From NCBI GenBank assembly GCA_036679645.1, contig JAZDCY010000098.1, forward strand, positions 28,426 through 92,425: a stretch of 64,000 nucleotides of DNA, read 5' to 3'. The DNA is from Gemmatimonadota bacterium. Its GTDB lineage: Bacteria > Gemmatimonadota > Gemmatimonadetes > Gemmatimonadales > GWC2-71-9. The notes beneath the pieces are model-generated. The model did not search any database. It saw nothing but the letters and a program-made list of their open reading frames with translations, and was not told the origin of the DNA. Each line of letters opens with the position of its first letter. Positions within the stretch are counted from its first letter, which is position 1. Shown one piece after another: positions 10,430 to 21,552 of the stretch. Position numbers and translations under genes: made by a program.

Positions 10430-11349
10430 TCGAGACATCGTTGCGGGGTCTCGGTGAGCGACTTGCCGGCGAGGTGTCGTTCGACGTGCCGCTGGCACAG
10501 TTCACGACCTACCGCATTGGCGGAAACGCCGCGCTCCTGATCCAACCCTGCACGGCCGCCGACATTGCGCAGGCCGTGAGCGTCGCGCGCGAGAGTGGCG
10601 TGCCTTGGACGGTGTTGGGACTCGGGTCGAACGTGCTCGTGACCGATGCGGGGTTCCCCGGCGTCGTGATCCGTGTGGCAAACTGCCTCGCCGACATTGA
10701 GCCGCGTGAACCCGACGACCCGGTGTGGCGAGTGGGTGCCGGTCTTCCCACGCCGCTTCTGGCGCGGCGCACCGCCGACGCGGGATTCGCCGGCGTCCAT
10801 CGACTCATTGGGGTACCCGGGTCGGTTGGGGGCGGCGTATTCATGAACGCCGGCGCCCACGGTCAGGAGTATCGTCGGGTCGTGCAAGAGGTCGAGGTCG
10901 TGACGCAAGAGGGCGTGCTCGAACGTCTCTCGACGGCCGACGTGCCTTGGGCTTACCGCAGCAGCGGACTCAGAGACGTGGTGGTCACCGGTACGACACT
11001 GGAACTCGTGCCCGGCAATTCACGGCGACTCCGAGTGGAGATTGCCGAGCACTTACGATGGCGGAAAGCCGGAACGCCGTTTACCGAACCGTGCTGTGGT
11101 TCGGTCTTCCGCAACCCGGCCGGCGACCGGACCGCCGGGCAGCTGATCGACGCCGTCGCTATGAAGGGATTCAGCGTGGGAGGAGCACAGGTCTCGTCGA
11201 AACACGCCAACTACATCGTCAATACTGGTGAGGCGTCGGCTGACGACGTGCTGCGCGTCATCGAAGCCGTGCGGTCGAAGGTGCTCGAGGAGGCCGGTAT
11301 CGAACTCGAGTTGGAGGTCCAGATCGTCGGCGCGCACAGTATCGACTAA
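10426..11349 (+). CDS. murB: UDP-N-acetylenolpyruvoylglucosamine reductase
   Basis: [44 protein letters not shown]. Confidence 0.95.
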   Translation: MIETSLRGLGERLAGEVSFDVPLAQFTTYRIGGNAALLIQPCTAADIAQAVSVARESGVPWTVLGLGSNVLVTDAGFPGVVIRVANCLADIEPREPDDPVWRVGAGLPTPLLARRTADAGFAGVHRLIGVPGSVGGGVFMNAGAHGQEYRRVVQEVEVVTQEGVLERLSTADVPWAYRSSGLRDVVVTGTTLELVPGNSRRLRVEIAEHLRWRKAGTPFTEPCCGSVFRNPAGDRTAGQLIDAVAMKGFSVGGAQVSSKHANYIVNTGEASADDVLRVIEAVRSKVLEEAGIELELEVQIVGAHSID

Positions 11350-11363
11350 CTCTGCACCGTGAG

Positions 11364-11936
11364 ATGATGGAAGACTACTTCGTACACGAGAGTTCCTTCG
11401 TCGATGACGGTGCCCAGGTTGGGGCGGGCACCAAGATCTGGCATTTCTGTCATGTAATGCCCGGCGCGGTGATCGGCGAGCAGTGCAGCCTTGGCCAGAA
11501 TGTCGTTGTGATGGCCGGCACGAGGATTGGCAACAACGTGAAAATCCAGAACAACGTCTCCATTTATGAGGGGGTCGAACTAGAGGACGACGTGTTCTGC
11601 GGCCCATCGTGCGTGTTTACCAATGTGATCAACCCGCGTTCCCACGTGGTCCGGCGATCGGAGTTCATGCGGACGTTGGTCAAGCGCGGGGCATCGATCG
11701 GGGCCAATGCGACCGTCGTGTGTGGGACGACCCTTGGCGAGTACGCCTTCGTGGGCGCGGGTGCTGTGGTCACAACTGACGTCCAGCCCTACGCGCTGAT
11801 GGTGGGCGTACCGGCTCGCCGCGTGGGTTGGATGTGTCACTGCGGCGTGAGACTCCGACTGGCGGATCGACGGGCGACGTGTGAAGCGTGTGGCGCCGGG
11901 TACCGCGAAATCGACGGCTCGCTCAGGGCCAATTGA
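11364..11936 (+). CDS. Hexapeptide-repeat N-acetyltransferase (WbpD-like)
   Basis: TKIWHFCHV, KIQNNVSIYEGV, FCGPS.VFTNV.NPRS, GVPARR.GW.C.CG. Confidence 0.85.
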   Translation: MMEDYFVHESSFVDDGAQVGAGTKIWHFCHVMPGAVIGEQCSLGQNVVVMAGTRIGNNVKIQNNVSIYEGVELEDDVFCGPSCVFTNVINPRSHVVRRSEFMRTLVKRGASIGANATVVCGTTLGEYAFVGAGAVVTTDVQPYALMVGVPARRVGWMCHCGVRLRLADRRATCEACGAGYREIDGSLRAN

Positions 11937-11962
11937 CCCGCTGCCGGGTACCTGGTTAACCT
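11933..11962 (+). promoter_or_regulatory. Possible internal promoter
   Basis: TTGACC-18 nt-TAACCT in an AT-richer gap before the aminotransferase. Confidence 0.35.
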
Positions 11963-11988
11963 TTACTGTTTATGCACTTACACAATCC

Positions 11989-13101
11989 ATGAGCGTCCCG
12001 CTGCTGGACCTGCGCGCCCAGTTCGAAACCGTCCGGGACGAGGTAATGTCCGGACTGCTCGAGGTCGTCGATTCGCAGCGGTTTATCCTAGGGCCCAAGG
12101 TCGTTCAGCTCGAGGAGGCCGTGGCCGCACTGTGTCACGTGGGTCACGGGATCGCGTGCGCGAGTGGAACGGACGCGCTCTTCCTTTCCTTGAAGGCGTT
12201 GATCGAGCCGGGTGACGAGGTCATCACGTCGCCTTTTTCATTCTTTGCGTCAGCCGGCGCGATCTCGAATGCCGGCGGTCGGCCCGTGTTCGTGGACATC
12301 GATCCGGCCACGTTCATCCTCGACATGGACCAGGTCGAGGCGGCACTTACCGAGCGGACGCGGGCCGTCATTCCCGTGCACCTGTTCGGGCAGATGGCCC
12401 CTATGGAACGGTTGGCTGAGATGGCAGCGCACCGTGACCTCGTACTGGTAGAGGATGCCGCGCAGGCCATCGGTGCCAGGCGCCGCATCGAGGGCGCATG
12501 GCGTACCCCGGGCGAGTTGGGCTCCACGGCCGCCTTCTCGTTCTTCCCGAGCAAGAACCTGGGTGGCTGGGGCGATGGCGGAATGATCGTGACCCGTGAC
12601 GAGCCGCTGGCCGCGAGGCTGCGCAGGCTGCGCGCCCACGGCGGCGCAAAGCAGTACCATCACGAAGAGGTGGGAACGAACTCGCGACTCGATGCGATCC
12701 AGGCCGCGGTGCTGGCGGCGAAGCTGCCGCATCTGGCAAAGTGGAACGCGGCGCGACGAGCCAATGCGGCGTTCTATGACGAGGCGCTCGCGGGGTGCGC
12801 CGGCGTGACGACGCCGTACGCGGACCCAGCGAACGAGCATACGTATCACCAGTACACTGTTCGCGTGACGCGCCGCGATGAGCTGTTGGCAAGTCTCGAG
12901 GGGCAGGAGATCGGCTGCGCCGTCTACTACCCCACGCCACTCCACGTCCAGCCGTGTTTTTCGTCGCTAGGCTACCGTCGTGGTCAGTTCCCGGAAGCCG
13001 AACGCGCTGCGTCAGAGGTCATCTCCCTGCCCATATACCCGGAGTTGCCTACCGATGCCCGTGCCCGCGTCGCCCATGCGATCGGGAAGTTTGCCGCATG
13101 A
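11989..13101 (+). CDS. DegT/DnrJ/EryC1/StrS PLP sugar aminotransferase (WbpE-like)
   Basis: VPLLDL.AQ, SGTDAL, EDAAQAIG, FSFFPSKNLG..GDGG, NSRLDAIQAA. Confidence 0.9.
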   Translation: MSVPLLDLRAQFETVRDEVMSGLLEVVDSQRFILGPKVVQLEEAVAALCHVGHGIACASGTDALFLSLKALIEPGDEVITSPFSFFASAGAISNAGGRPVFVDIDPATFILDMDQVEAALTERTRAVIPVHLFGQMAPMERLAEMAAHRDLVLVEDAAQAIGARRRIEGAWRTPGELGSTAAFSFFPSKNLGGWGDGGMIVTRDEPLAARLRRLRAHGGAKQYHHEEVGTNSRLDAIQAAVLAAKLPHLAKWNAARRANAAFYDEALAGCAGVTTPYADPANEHTYHQYTVRVTRRDELLASLEGQEIGCAVYYPTPLHVQPCFSSLGYRRGQFPEAERAASEVISLPIYPELPTDARARVAHAIGKFAA

Positions 13102-14120
13102 GTGCGCTACGCATTGCCGTTTTTGGGGCAGGCCGGTGGGGCCGCAACCACGTACGTGCAGTCGCCGGCCTCGCCGAGGCCGATCTGCTCGCCGTTTGTG
13201 ATCCCGACCCGGCCCGGCAGGACGAGGTGAGCCGTCAGTATCCCGGCACTGTTGTGACGAGCGATGCCGCCGCGGCGCTCGACGGAGCGGAGGCTGTCGT
13301 TGTCGCGAGTCCAGCCGCCACGCACGTCGAGCTGGCGGAACTGGCCATCAAGCGTGGGCTCCCGGTGTTGATCGAGAAGCCGATGGCGCTCTCGGGCGAC
13401 GCAGCGCGCCGCGTCGCGGACGCCGCTCGGGCAAACGACGTGCAGGTCCTGGTCGGGCACCTGCTGCTCTTTCACCCCGCCGTCGAACAGCTGCGCGAGA
13501 TGGTACAGTCGCAGGAGTTGGGCGACATCTTCTATCTGTACAGCCAGCGCGTGAATCTTGGCGAAGTGCGGCCGGACGAGAGTGCATTGTGGAGCTTCGG
13601 GCCGCACGATGTGTCGGTCGCGCTCTATCTATTGGGAGAAGCGCCGGTCTCGGTGGCGGCACACGGACGCAGCTACCTGCAGCCCGGTATCGAGGACGTC
13701 GTCTTTCTAATTCTGGAATTTGCCTCTGGCATCATGGCCCACGTCCAGATGTCGTGGCTGGACCCGCACAAATCCCGACGGCTCACCGTAGTCGGATCGC
13801 GACGGATGGTCATCTTCGACGACATGGAGCCACGCGAGAAACTAAAGGTCTTCGACAAAGGTATCGACCGACCCCCTGACTACGGGTCGTATGGAGAGAG
13901 CCTGTCGGTGCGAGAGGGCGACATCTTCATTCCCCGCGTGCCGAACGTGGAGCCGTTGACCGAAGAGTTGCGACATTTCGTTGCTGTAGCGCGGGGCGAG
14001 ATCGCTCCCCGCGCGGACGTTCAGTCGGGACTGGACGTGGTGGACGTTCTCGAGGCCGCCACCGAATCGCTGCGACGCGAGGGGCAGGTCGTTCGGCTCG
14101 CGTCACTCACCAACACCTAG
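13098..14120 (+). CDS. Gfo/Idh/MocA oxidoreductase (WbpB/GnnA-like sugar 3-dehydrogenase)
   Basis: GAGRWGRNH, EKPMA, PHD motifs. Confidence 0.8.
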   Translation: MSALRIAVFGAGRWGRNHVRAVAGLAEADLLAVCDPDPARQDEVSRQYPGTVVTSDAAAALDGAEAVVVASPAATHVELAELAIKRGLPVLIEKPMALSGDAARRVADAARANDVQVLVGHLLLFHPAVEQLREMVQSQELGDIFYLYSQRVNLGEVRPDESALWSFGPHDVSVALYLLGEAPVSVAAHGRSYLQPGIEDVVFLILEFASGIMAHVQMSWLDPHKSRRLTVVGSRRMVIFDDMEPREKLKVFDKGIDRPPDYGSYGESLSVREGDIFIPRVPNVEPLTEELRHFVAVARGEIAPRADVQSGLDVVDVLEAATESLRREGQVVRLASLTNT

Positions 14121-14140
14121 ACTCGGATCGCGGAGTCAGT

Positions 14141-15433
14141 GTGACCGACCACGAGAGTGTGTTGCTGCAAAAGGCCAAGGATCGCACCGCCGTTTTTTGT
14201 GTGGTGGGCCTCGGCTATGTGGGCCTACCGCTGGTAGTAGAGCTTGCCGACGCCGGGTATCGCGTCGTGGGCTTTGACGTCAACGCCGGGGTGGTGGAGC
14301 GCGTGAATGCGGGGGACTCGCACATCCAGGATGTGCCGAGTGACCGTCTCGCGCCGCTGGTGCGGGCGGGCCGGATCGAGGCCACCGCGGACGAGAAGAA
14401 ACTGGCGGATGTGGACGTCGTGTCCATATGTGTGCCCACTCCGCTGTCCAAGACCAAGGATCCCGACATCTCGTTCGTTCTGGCTGCAGCGGAGTCGGTG
14501 GAGCACACGGTCCGTCCGGGACAGGTTGTCGTGCTCGAGAGCACGACGTACCCAGGCACGACGCGGGAATTGCTGTTGCCCCGCATCGAACGCAGAGGAC
14601 TGTCCGTCGGCAAAGACGCCTTCCTTTCCTTCAGTCCCGAGCGGGTTGACCCCGGGAATCCCACGTGGCAGACGCGGAACACGCCCAAGATCGTCGGCGG
14701 TGTCACCGAAGCGTGTAATCGCGTCGTGCTGGCGCTCTACGGGCCCGCTTTCGAGCAGCTGGTTCCCGTATCGTCACCCGAGGCGGCTGAACTCGTGAAG
14801 CTCCTCGAGAACACGTTCCGCAGCGTGAACATCGGGCTTGCGAATGAGATGGCGATCGTGTGCGACAAGCTGGGTGTCGATGTCTGGGAGGTCATCGATG
14901 CAGCCGCGACCAAACCGTTCGGCTTCATGAAATTCACCCCCGGCCCCGGGTTGGGTGGGCACTGCATTCCCATCGATCCCCATTACCTCGCGTGGAAGAT
15001 GCGCGGACTGAACTACAAGACGCGGTTCATCGAGGTCGCCGGAGAGGTGAATTCGGAGATGCCGCACTTTTGGGTGCGGCAGGTATCTGAGCAATTGAAC
15101 GAAGATGCGAAGTCGGTGCGCGGGTCGAAGATTCTGGTGATCGGCGCCGCGTACAAAAAGGACATCGCCGACGTACGGGAGAGTCCCGCGCTGGACATCA
15201 TCCGCCTCCTCCGGCAACAGGGAGCCAACGTTCGCTATCATGACCCGTTCGTCCCCGAACTCCGCGAGGAGGGCGACGTACTTCGGTCACAAGAGCTGAC
15301 CGGAAAACTCCTGGGCGACGTGGACTGCATCGTGATCGCCACGGACCACTCATCCGTCGACTACGGGTTGATCGCAGATGCCGCGACGCGTGTCGTCGAC
15401 ACGCGGAATGCGATGAGGAACCACGGCGTATGA
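14141..15433 (+). CDS. UDP-GlcNAc 6-dehydrogenase family (WbpA-like)
   Basis: GLGYVGLPL, CVPTPL, ESTTYPGTT, SPERVDPG, GGHCIPIDP. Confidence 0.85.
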   Translation: MTDHESVLLQKAKDRTAVFCVVGLGYVGLPLVVELADAGYRVVGFDVNAGVVERVNAGDSHIQDVPSDRLAPLVRAGRIEATADEKKLADVDVVSICVPTPLSKTKDPDISFVLAAAESVEHTVRPGQVVVLESTTYPGTTRELLLPRIERRGLSVGKDAFLSFSPERVDPGNPTWQTRNTPKIVGGVTEACNRVVLALYGPAFEQLVPVSSPEAAELVKLLENTFRSVNIGLANEMAIVCDKLGVDVWEVIDAAATKPFGFMKFTPGPGLGGHCIPIDPHYLAWKMRGLNYKTRFIEVAGEVNSEMPHFWVRQVSEQLNEDAKSVRGSKILVIGAAYKKDIADVRESPALDIIRLLRQQGANVRYHDPFVPELREEGDVLRSQELTGKLLGDVDCIVIATDHSSVDYGLIADAATRVVDTRNAMRNHGV

Positions 15434-16740
15434 GAGTATGCGTCGTGGGAACGGGGTATGTCGGTCTCGTCGTTGGAGCGTGCCTGGCGGAGACGGGAAA
15501 CGACGTTGCGTGCGCGGACGTGGACGAGCGGAAGGTTCACGATCTACAGAGTGGGAAGGTTCCCATCTACGAACCCGGTCTCGAGCCGCTGGTTGAGCGA
15601 AACGTAGCAGCGCAGCGGTTGCGTTTTACCACCGACGTGGGCAAGGCGGTCGAAGCGTCGGAGGTTGTGTTCATCGCGGTCGGGACACCTCCTGATGAGG
15701 ACGGGTCGGCCGATCTCCAGCACGTGCTCGAGGTCGCGAGCGTCATTGGCGATCACATGAACGACTCCAAGGTCGTCATCACCAAGTCGACGGTGCCGGT
15801 CGGGACGGCACAGAAAGTCCGCGAGACGATCGCCGAGCGAACGGACCAACCGTTCTACGTCTGCTCCAATCCGGAGTTTCTGAAGGAGGGGGCAGCGATC
15901 GACGACTTCATGAAACCCGATCGTGTGATCGTCGGTGTCGATGCGCCCGAGGCGGAGGTGAAACTCCGCGAGCTCTACGCGCCATTCGTCCGTACAGGTA
16001 ACCCGCTCATGTTCATGGATATTCCGTCCGCGGAGATGACGAAGTACGCCGCGAACGCCATGCTCGCGACCCGCATCTCGTTCATGAACCAGATTGCGGA
16101 GTTGTGCGAGGATGTCGGGGCCGACGTTAGCCGCGTGCGTGAAGGTATCGGCAGCGATCCTCGGATCGGGTCGGCCTTTCTGTTCCCGGGCCCAGGCTAC
16201 GGAGGGTCATGCTTCCCCAAGGATGTCCGGGCATTGATCCGAACCGCAGCGGAATACGGCGTCGCGATGAACCTGCTCGAAGCGGTGGAAGCGGTCAACG
16301 ATCGGCAGAAGCTCCGCCTGTTCCAGAAGGTACGAGACGCTCTTGATGGTAAGCTGCGCGGACGACGGATTGCCGTGTGGGGACTGGCGTTCAAGGCCAA
16401 GACAGACGACATGCGTGAGAGCCCGGCCGTGCCGCTCGTGCGACGACTTCTCGAAAACGGCGTGGCGGTCCGGGCGCACGATCCGCAGGCAGGCGCGAAG
16501 GCGCGGAGCTTGTTTGGGGATCGGGTAACGATTGCCGATAGTGCATACGCCGCGCTCGACGATGCGGATGCCGTGGTGATCGTGACCGAATGGCTCGAGT
16601 ATCGTAATCCCGACTTCCGGCGCATGAAAGAGGCCCTAAGACAACCCATCATCGTCGATGGCAGGAATCTCTATGATTGCGCAAAGATGCGCGCGCTCGG
16701 CTTCAGATACATAGGCGTTGGGCGCCGCGCCGCGCCATGA
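15430..16740 (+). CDS. ugd: UDP-glucose 6-dehydrogenase
   Basis: [34 protein letters not shown]. Confidence 0.92.
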   Translation: MRVCVVGTGYVGLVVGACLAETGNDVACADVDERKVHDLQSGKVPIYEPGLEPLVERNVAAQRLRFTTDVGKAVEASEVVFIAVGTPPDEDGSADLQHVLEVASVIGDHMNDSKVVITKSTVPVGTAQKVRETIAERTDQPFYVCSNPEFLKEGAAIDDFMKPDRVIVGVDAPEAEVKLRELYAPFVRTGNPLMFMDIPSAEMTKYAANAMLATRISFMNQIAELCEDVGADVSRVREGIGSDPRIGSAFLFPGPGYGGSCFPKDVRALIRTAAEYGVAMNLLEAVEAVNDRQKLRLFQKVRDALDGKLRGRRIAVWGLAFKAKTDDMRESPAVPLVRRLLENGVAVRAHDPQAGAKARSLFGDRVTIADSAYAALDDADAVVIVTEWLEYRNPDFRRMKEALRQPIIVDGRNLYDCAKMRALGFRYIGVGRRAAP

Positions 16741-17637
16741 CGATACTCGTTACCGGAGCCGCCGGGTTCCTCGGATCACACCTCGTAGACAGGTTTCTCC
16801 GCGATGGGCACGAAGTTGTTGCGATGGACAACCTCGTGACGAGTGGGGCGCGGAACCTCGCGCACCTGGACTCGAACGGAAACTTCACGTTCGTGCAGCA
16901 TGGAAGGCATACTGCATTTCGCGTCGCCCGCCAGTCCCATCGACTATCTGAAACTGCCAATCCAGACCCTCAAGGTGGGGTCGTTGGGGACGCACAATAC
17001 GCTCGGGCTGGCACTCGCGAAGGGTGCTCGGTACCTCCTTGCGAGTACCTCAGAGGTGTACGGCGATCCGGAGGTGAATCCCCAGCCCGAGACGTACTGG
17101 GGACACGTCAATTCGGTTGGTCCGCGCGGCGTGTACGACGAAGCCAAACGGTTCGCCGAGGCGATGACGATGGCTTATCACAGGTACCACGGCGTAGACA
17201 CGCGGATCGTCAGGATCTTCAATACGTACGGCCCGCGCATGCGTCCGAGCGACGGACGGGTCGTGTCCAACTTCATCGTGCAGGCGCTTCGAGGTGAGCC
17301 GCTCACGGTCTACGGCGACGGGAAGCAGACACGGTCGTTCTGCTACGTGGATGATCTCGTCGACGGCATTGTCCGGCTCTTCCACAGCAGTCAGGTAGAT
17401 CCCGTCAACGTTGGCAACCCCGGCGAGTTCACCGTCCTGGAACTCGCGGAGCACGTCACGCGGCTGATCGATACCGGTTCAAAGGTCGATTTTCACCCGC
17501 TGCCCGTCGACGATCCGAAGCAACGGCGACCCGATATCTCGCGGGCCCGAGCACTGCTCGAGTGGGAACCCCATGTACAGCTGGAAGAGGGACTGCTGGC
17601 GACGATCCCTTATTTCCGGAACACCCTCGGTCTGTGA
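16737..17637 (+). pseudogene. UDP-glucuronate decarboxylase (Uxs-like), frameshifted by an apparent internal deletion at about 16902
   Basis: N-terminus [23 protein letters not shown] in one frame; [31 protein letters not shown] in another; the usual D-V-containing segment between them is missing. Confidence 0.8.
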
Positions 17638-18614
17638 CGCCGGCTCGCGTCGTCGTCACCGGGGCCGCGGGATTCATCGGCAGTCGCCTGTGTGGCCGGC
17701 TGCTCACCGAGGGATACGCCGTTGTGGGGATCGACAACTTCGATCCTTTCTACGGTCGCGGGATCAAGGAACGCGCGTTGACGCCGTTGCTGGGACGGCG
17801 GCGGTTCACGTTCCGTGATATCGATGTGCGCGACACGGAGACTGTCCGCGGGGTCATCCGCCCGGACGATGTGATTGTGCACCTGGCTGCCCGGCCCGGT
17901 GTGCGGCAGAGCCTCGCCAATCCGGCACTGTACGAGCGCATCAACGTGCGAGGCACAGATACGGTGCTCGCGGCGGCGCGCGACGGTGGAGTGCGGCGCG
18001 TTGTGTTTGCGTCGTCGTCTTCCGTATATGGTGACCGAGACATTCCGTTTGTCGAGTCACACACACCGCTCCGTCCTTGCTCGCCGTATGGCGAGAGCAA
18101 ACTCTCTGGCGAGCGGCTCTGCCAGCGCGCGTCACGCAGATGGGACACGCGCATTGCCTGCCTGCGCTTCTTTTCCGTGTACGGTCCCGGGCAGAGACCG
18201 GATCAGGCAATTCATCGCTTCGCGCGGCTGCTCGTGGACGGGCAGCAGATCGAGCGGTATGGTGCTGCGGACACGATGCGAGACTATACGTACATCGATG
18301 ATGCAGTGAACGCGGTTCTTGCAGCGATCGTGTGGACGGCTGACGGGCGGGGTATGGAGGTATTCAACGTCGGTTCAGGGCGAACGGTGGAGCTGCAAGA
18401 GGTGCTGGACCGCCTCGAGTGTCTGTTTCACCGGCCTGCAATTGTTCGGCAGCGCCCGGGACACCGGGCAGATGCCGCATGCACGCTCGCCGATCTCACG
18501 AAGAGCCGACGGGTGTTAGGATACGAGCCGGCCGTGTCGTTTGGCCAGGGCCTGGAAGCCTTTCTCCAATGGTTCGAGGTGGCGTATGGACTTGAGTCCC
18601 GCGCAGCTTCTTAA
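17634..18614 (+). CDS. NAD-dependent epimerase/dehydratase (UDP-glucuronate 4-epimerase-like)
   Basis: [47 protein letters not shown]. Confidence 0.8.
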   Translation: MTPARVVVTGAAGFIGSRLCGRLLTEGYAVVGIDNFDPFYGRGIKERALTPLLGRRRFTFRDIDVRDTETVRGVIRPDDVIVHLAARPGVRQSLANPALYERINVRGTDTVLAAARDGGVRRVVFASSSSVYGDRDIPFVESHTPLRPCSPYGESKLSGERLCQRASRRWDTRIACLRFFSVYGPGQRPDQAIHRFARLLVDGQQIERYGAADTMRDYTYIDDAVNAVLAAIVWTADGRGMEVFNVGSGRTVELQEVLDRLECLFHRPAIVRQRPGHRADAACTLADLTKSRRVLGYEPAVSFGQGLEAFLQWFEVAYGLESRAAS

Positions 18615-19311
18615 CAGCGCGAAGGAGCGGTTCGCGCTCCACGACCACTTTGGAGCGGTACATCTGCTCGAGGAGTTGATCGCGAGCGGCCGTGCATTTG
18701 CCGACGCGTACCATCTGTTGGGCCTGTCGTACTTCCTGATCGATCAGCCTGAGCGAGCGTTCGCCGCCCTGGAGGAGGCGATCCGGATCAACCCCCGCTA
18801 TGTGGAAGCGCTCGTGCACCGGGGCATCGTGCTGAGCGAGTTGGGGCGTCACGAGGAGGCACAGGAATCCTTCGCCGAGGCCCGGTCGACCAACCGTCTC
18901 GGGGAAAGCGGCATCGCGGTGCATCACGCCGGCAAGCTTGCCAACCAGCACGCCACACTGGGCGAGGCCTATGCCGAGGCGGGGGCGTACGATCGAGCTG
19001 TGGAGCAGTACCGGCAGGCCCTGGCATTGTGTCCCGACTTCCACGACCTGCGGTTCCGCCTCGGCCGTATGCTGATGGAGTCGGGTCGCATGCTCGAGGC
19101 ACGGGAGGTCTTTGCCGAAGTCGCGCAGGCGAGAACCGGTTCCGCCGATGCGAAGGCCGCGGTGGGGCTGGCAAGCTACCTGTCCGGTGATCCCGATGCG
19201 GCGCGCGCCGTTTGGGAGCAGGCCCGGCAGGATCACCCCGGTGACGCGCGGCCGGCTGCGTATCTGGCGATGTTGGACCGCGCCGCCGCGCAGGATGCGC
19301 TTCAGCGATAG
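18586..19311 (+). CDS. Tetratricopeptide repeat protein
   Basis: Repeated TPR helices (ADAYHLLGLSY, INPRYVEA, LCPDFHDLRFRLG). Confidence 0.8.
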   Translation: MDLSPAQLLNSAKERFALHDHFGAVHLLEELIASGRAFADAYHLLGLSYFLIDQPERAFAALEEAIRINPRYVEALVHRGIVLSELGRHEEAQESFAEARSTNRLGESGIAVHHAGKLANQHATLGEAYAEAGAYDRAVEQYRQALALCPDFHDLRFRLGRMLMESGRMLEAREVFAEVAQARTGSADAKAAVGLASYLSGDPDAARAVWEQARQDHPGDARPAAYLAMLDRAAAQDALQR

Positions 19312-19314
19312 CGG

Positions 19315-20208
19315 GTGAGCATGCGTTGGGCGCTCGTCGTCATGGCGGTCACGGCCTGTGGCGGGTCTGCGGCCGACCACCGGGTCCTGGGTGACAGAGC
19401 CTACGTCGACGGACACTTCGATGAGGCGCTCGCGGAGTATCGTCTGGCGCTCCGGCAGCGGACCCCCAATGCGACGCTCCGCGCAAAGGCGGCCGCGGCG
19501 GCGGTCAGGATCGGTGAACTGAAGCCGGCGATCGAGGAGTACATTGCGCTTGCCCGCGAGGACGAGAAGCGGGCAACCGAGGCGGCCGACGGGCTCGAGC
19601 GCGTCGCCCGGCTGGCGCTCGCGGGGAACGACCTGGTAGCGCTGCGGCTGGCAATCGGTGCTATTCGCGATCTGGGCGTGCATCGGGCGGTTAGCGGCAC
19701 GTTCGCCCTGGCTTTGCTCGAGAACGCGGAGCCCGCAGGAGCGGTCGATCTCCTGCCGCTCGCGGCCGCAGCGGCGTCCGACACGCGCGCTCAGGACTCG
19801 TTGATGTACGAGTACGGCACCGTGCTACGCCGGACGGGCAGATGCGAGCAGGCGCTTCCCGTTCTGGAGAGCCTCGCTCGGCGGCGCCGGGTAATCTCGC
19901 TTGCCGAGGGCGCCGCGCGGGATGCAGCAAGCTGCGCGTTGACGCTCGGGCGGCGGGCGTTGAACCGGAACGCGCCGACCGTCGCGGAAGAATGGTTTCG
20001 CCGGGCAGTGACCCACGGTGGCGACACACCGGTCGGTCGGGCGGCGTATGTGGGTCTTGGGGATGTGATGTTCGCGCGTGGGGAATTCGAGGGCGCGGTG
20101 GAGGCGTTCCAGCGGGCCATGGCTGACGCCCCGGCCGGCGATTCGATTGCGGCCGTCGCCCGGGAGCGCCTAAACCTCATAGGGAGCGCTGGAACGGTGT
20201 TCCGGTGA
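19315..20208 (+). CDS. TPR-containing lipoprotein
   Basis: Lipobox-like VTAC after hydrophobic N-terminus; TPR-like helices. Confidence 0.7.
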   Translation: MSMRWALVVMAVTACGGSAADHRVLGDRAYVDGHFDEALAEYRLALRQRTPNATLRAKAAAAAVRIGELKPAIEEYIALAREDEKRATEAADGLERVARLALAGNDLVALRLAIGAIRDLGVHRAVSGTFALALLENAEPAGAVDLLPLAAAAASDTRAQDSLMYEYGTVLRRTGRCEQALPVLESLARRRRVISLAEGAARDAASCALTLGRRALNRNAPTVAEEWFRRAVTHGGDTPVGRAAYVGLGDVMFARGEFEGAVEAFQRAMADAPAGDSIAAVARERLNLIGSAGTVFR

Positions 20209-20225
20209 CGAGTGTCTAAGCATTG

Positions 20226-20969
20226 ATGTGGTTACGGATTATCGGCGCGGCCTGCGTTGTCGTGGGTGTTACGGCATGCGGGTCGGGCTTCGACATAAGC
20301 CAATATCCAACTCCGCAAGCGTTGCTCGCGGCGTCGATCTCCGCGTACGAGCAGGGCGATTGCGGTGGCGCTGTGCGCGGCCTGCGCCGCGTGACAGTGG
20401 AACTCCCGCCACGCGACGCGCAGATCGCCGAGGCTCGGTTCTACCTCGCGGAGTGTCTGCTGCGCGACGGCGAGCGGATCGAGTCCGCCCGTGAGTTCAG
20501 GCGGGTAGCCGATGAGTTCCCGCAGCACGAGCGTGCGCCATGGGCACTGCTCCGAGCGGGCGACGCGCTGGCGCGACTCTGGAAGCGGCCCGAACTGGAT
20601 CCGACATACGGCACGAACGCGATCTCGACCTACTCCGAACTCCTGGGTCGGTATCCGCAGTCGGATGCAGCGGCAGAGGCGCGTGTGAAGCTGGCCGCGT
20701 TGCAGGACCGGTTCGCGCTCAAGGATATCAAGAACGGTGATTTCTATTCGCGACTGCACGCGTACGACTCCGCGATCCTCTACTATCGCAGTGTCGTCGC
20801 CCAGTACCCGGATTCTCGGTACGCACCGATCGCCCTAATGAAGCTGGTGGGCACGTACCGGCGCATCGGCTACGAAGAGGAAGCGCGCGAGACGTGCGAC
20901 CATCTGCGTCGCTTCTTTCCCGAGGTGGAGGGACTCGACGACCGCTGCCCCGCGCCCACCGCGAACTAG
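20226..20969 (+). CDS. bamD: Outer membrane protein assembly factor BamD
   Basis: Lipobox VTAC; TPR pattern with ELDPTY, FY......SAILYY..V...YPDS..AP.AL; start could also be TTG 20223. Confidence 0.75.
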   Translation: MWLRIIGAACVVVGVTACGSGFDISQYPTPQALLAASISAYEQGDCGGAVRGLRRVTVELPPRDAQIAEARFYLAECLLRDGERIESAREFRRVADEFPQHERAPWALLRAGDALARLWKRPELDPTYGTNAISTYSELLGRYPQSDAAAEARVKLAALQDRFALKDIKNGDFYSRLHAYDSAILYYRSVVAQYPDSRYAPIALMKLVGTYRRIGYEEEARETCDHLRRFFPEVEGLDDRCPAPTAN

Positions 20970-20973
20970 TCGA

Positions 20974-21552
20974 TTGCGGCTCGGGCTCTTTGGAGGGTCC
21001 TTTGATCCCGTGCACAACGGGCACCTCATCGTCGCGCGAGCCGCGGCGGATGCCTTGAACCTCGATCACCTGCGCTTTGTCCCTGCCCGCGAGCAGCCGT
21101 TCAAGGAAGGCCGGCATGGCGCCCACGCTTCCGACCGACTGGCCATGCTGGCGATGGCGCTTGCCGGCGAGCCCGGTTTCTCGGTCGATGACCGGGAGAT
21201 CCACCGCCCGAGCCCGTCGTACACCATCGACACCGTACGCGAGATCCGGGCAGAGTGCCCGAACGATGAGTTATTTTTGGTAGTTGGGGCTGACGCGATC
21301 GTGGAGCTGCCCGCATGGCGTGAAGTGGAGGCACTGGCAAAGATGGTGAGCGTGGTGGCACTGACGCGTCCCGGCGTGCCCGTCCCGCATAGCGGCTCGC
21401 TGATCGACCGGGTGGTGGCGGTTCCTGCAGTCGAGATCTCTGCCAGCGCGATCCGGGCACGATTGCGCGAGGGCGGTGTCATCGACGATCTGGTACCTTC
21501 CGCCGTCGCGCGGTATGTGGCGGAACGCGGTCTGTATTTGCAAGGAGACTGA
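20974..21552 (+). CDS. nadD: Nicotinate-nucleotide adenylyltransferase
   Basis: [31 protein letters not shown]. Confidence 0.95.
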   Translation: MRLGLFGGSFDPVHNGHLIVARAAADALNLDHLRFVPAREQPFKEGRHGAHASDRLAMLAMALAGEPGFSVDDREIHRPSPSYTIDTVREIRAECPNDELFLVVGADAIVELPAWREVEALAKMVSVVALTRPGVPVPHSGSLIDRVVAVPAVEISASAIRARLREGGVIDDLVPSAVARYVAERGLYLQGD

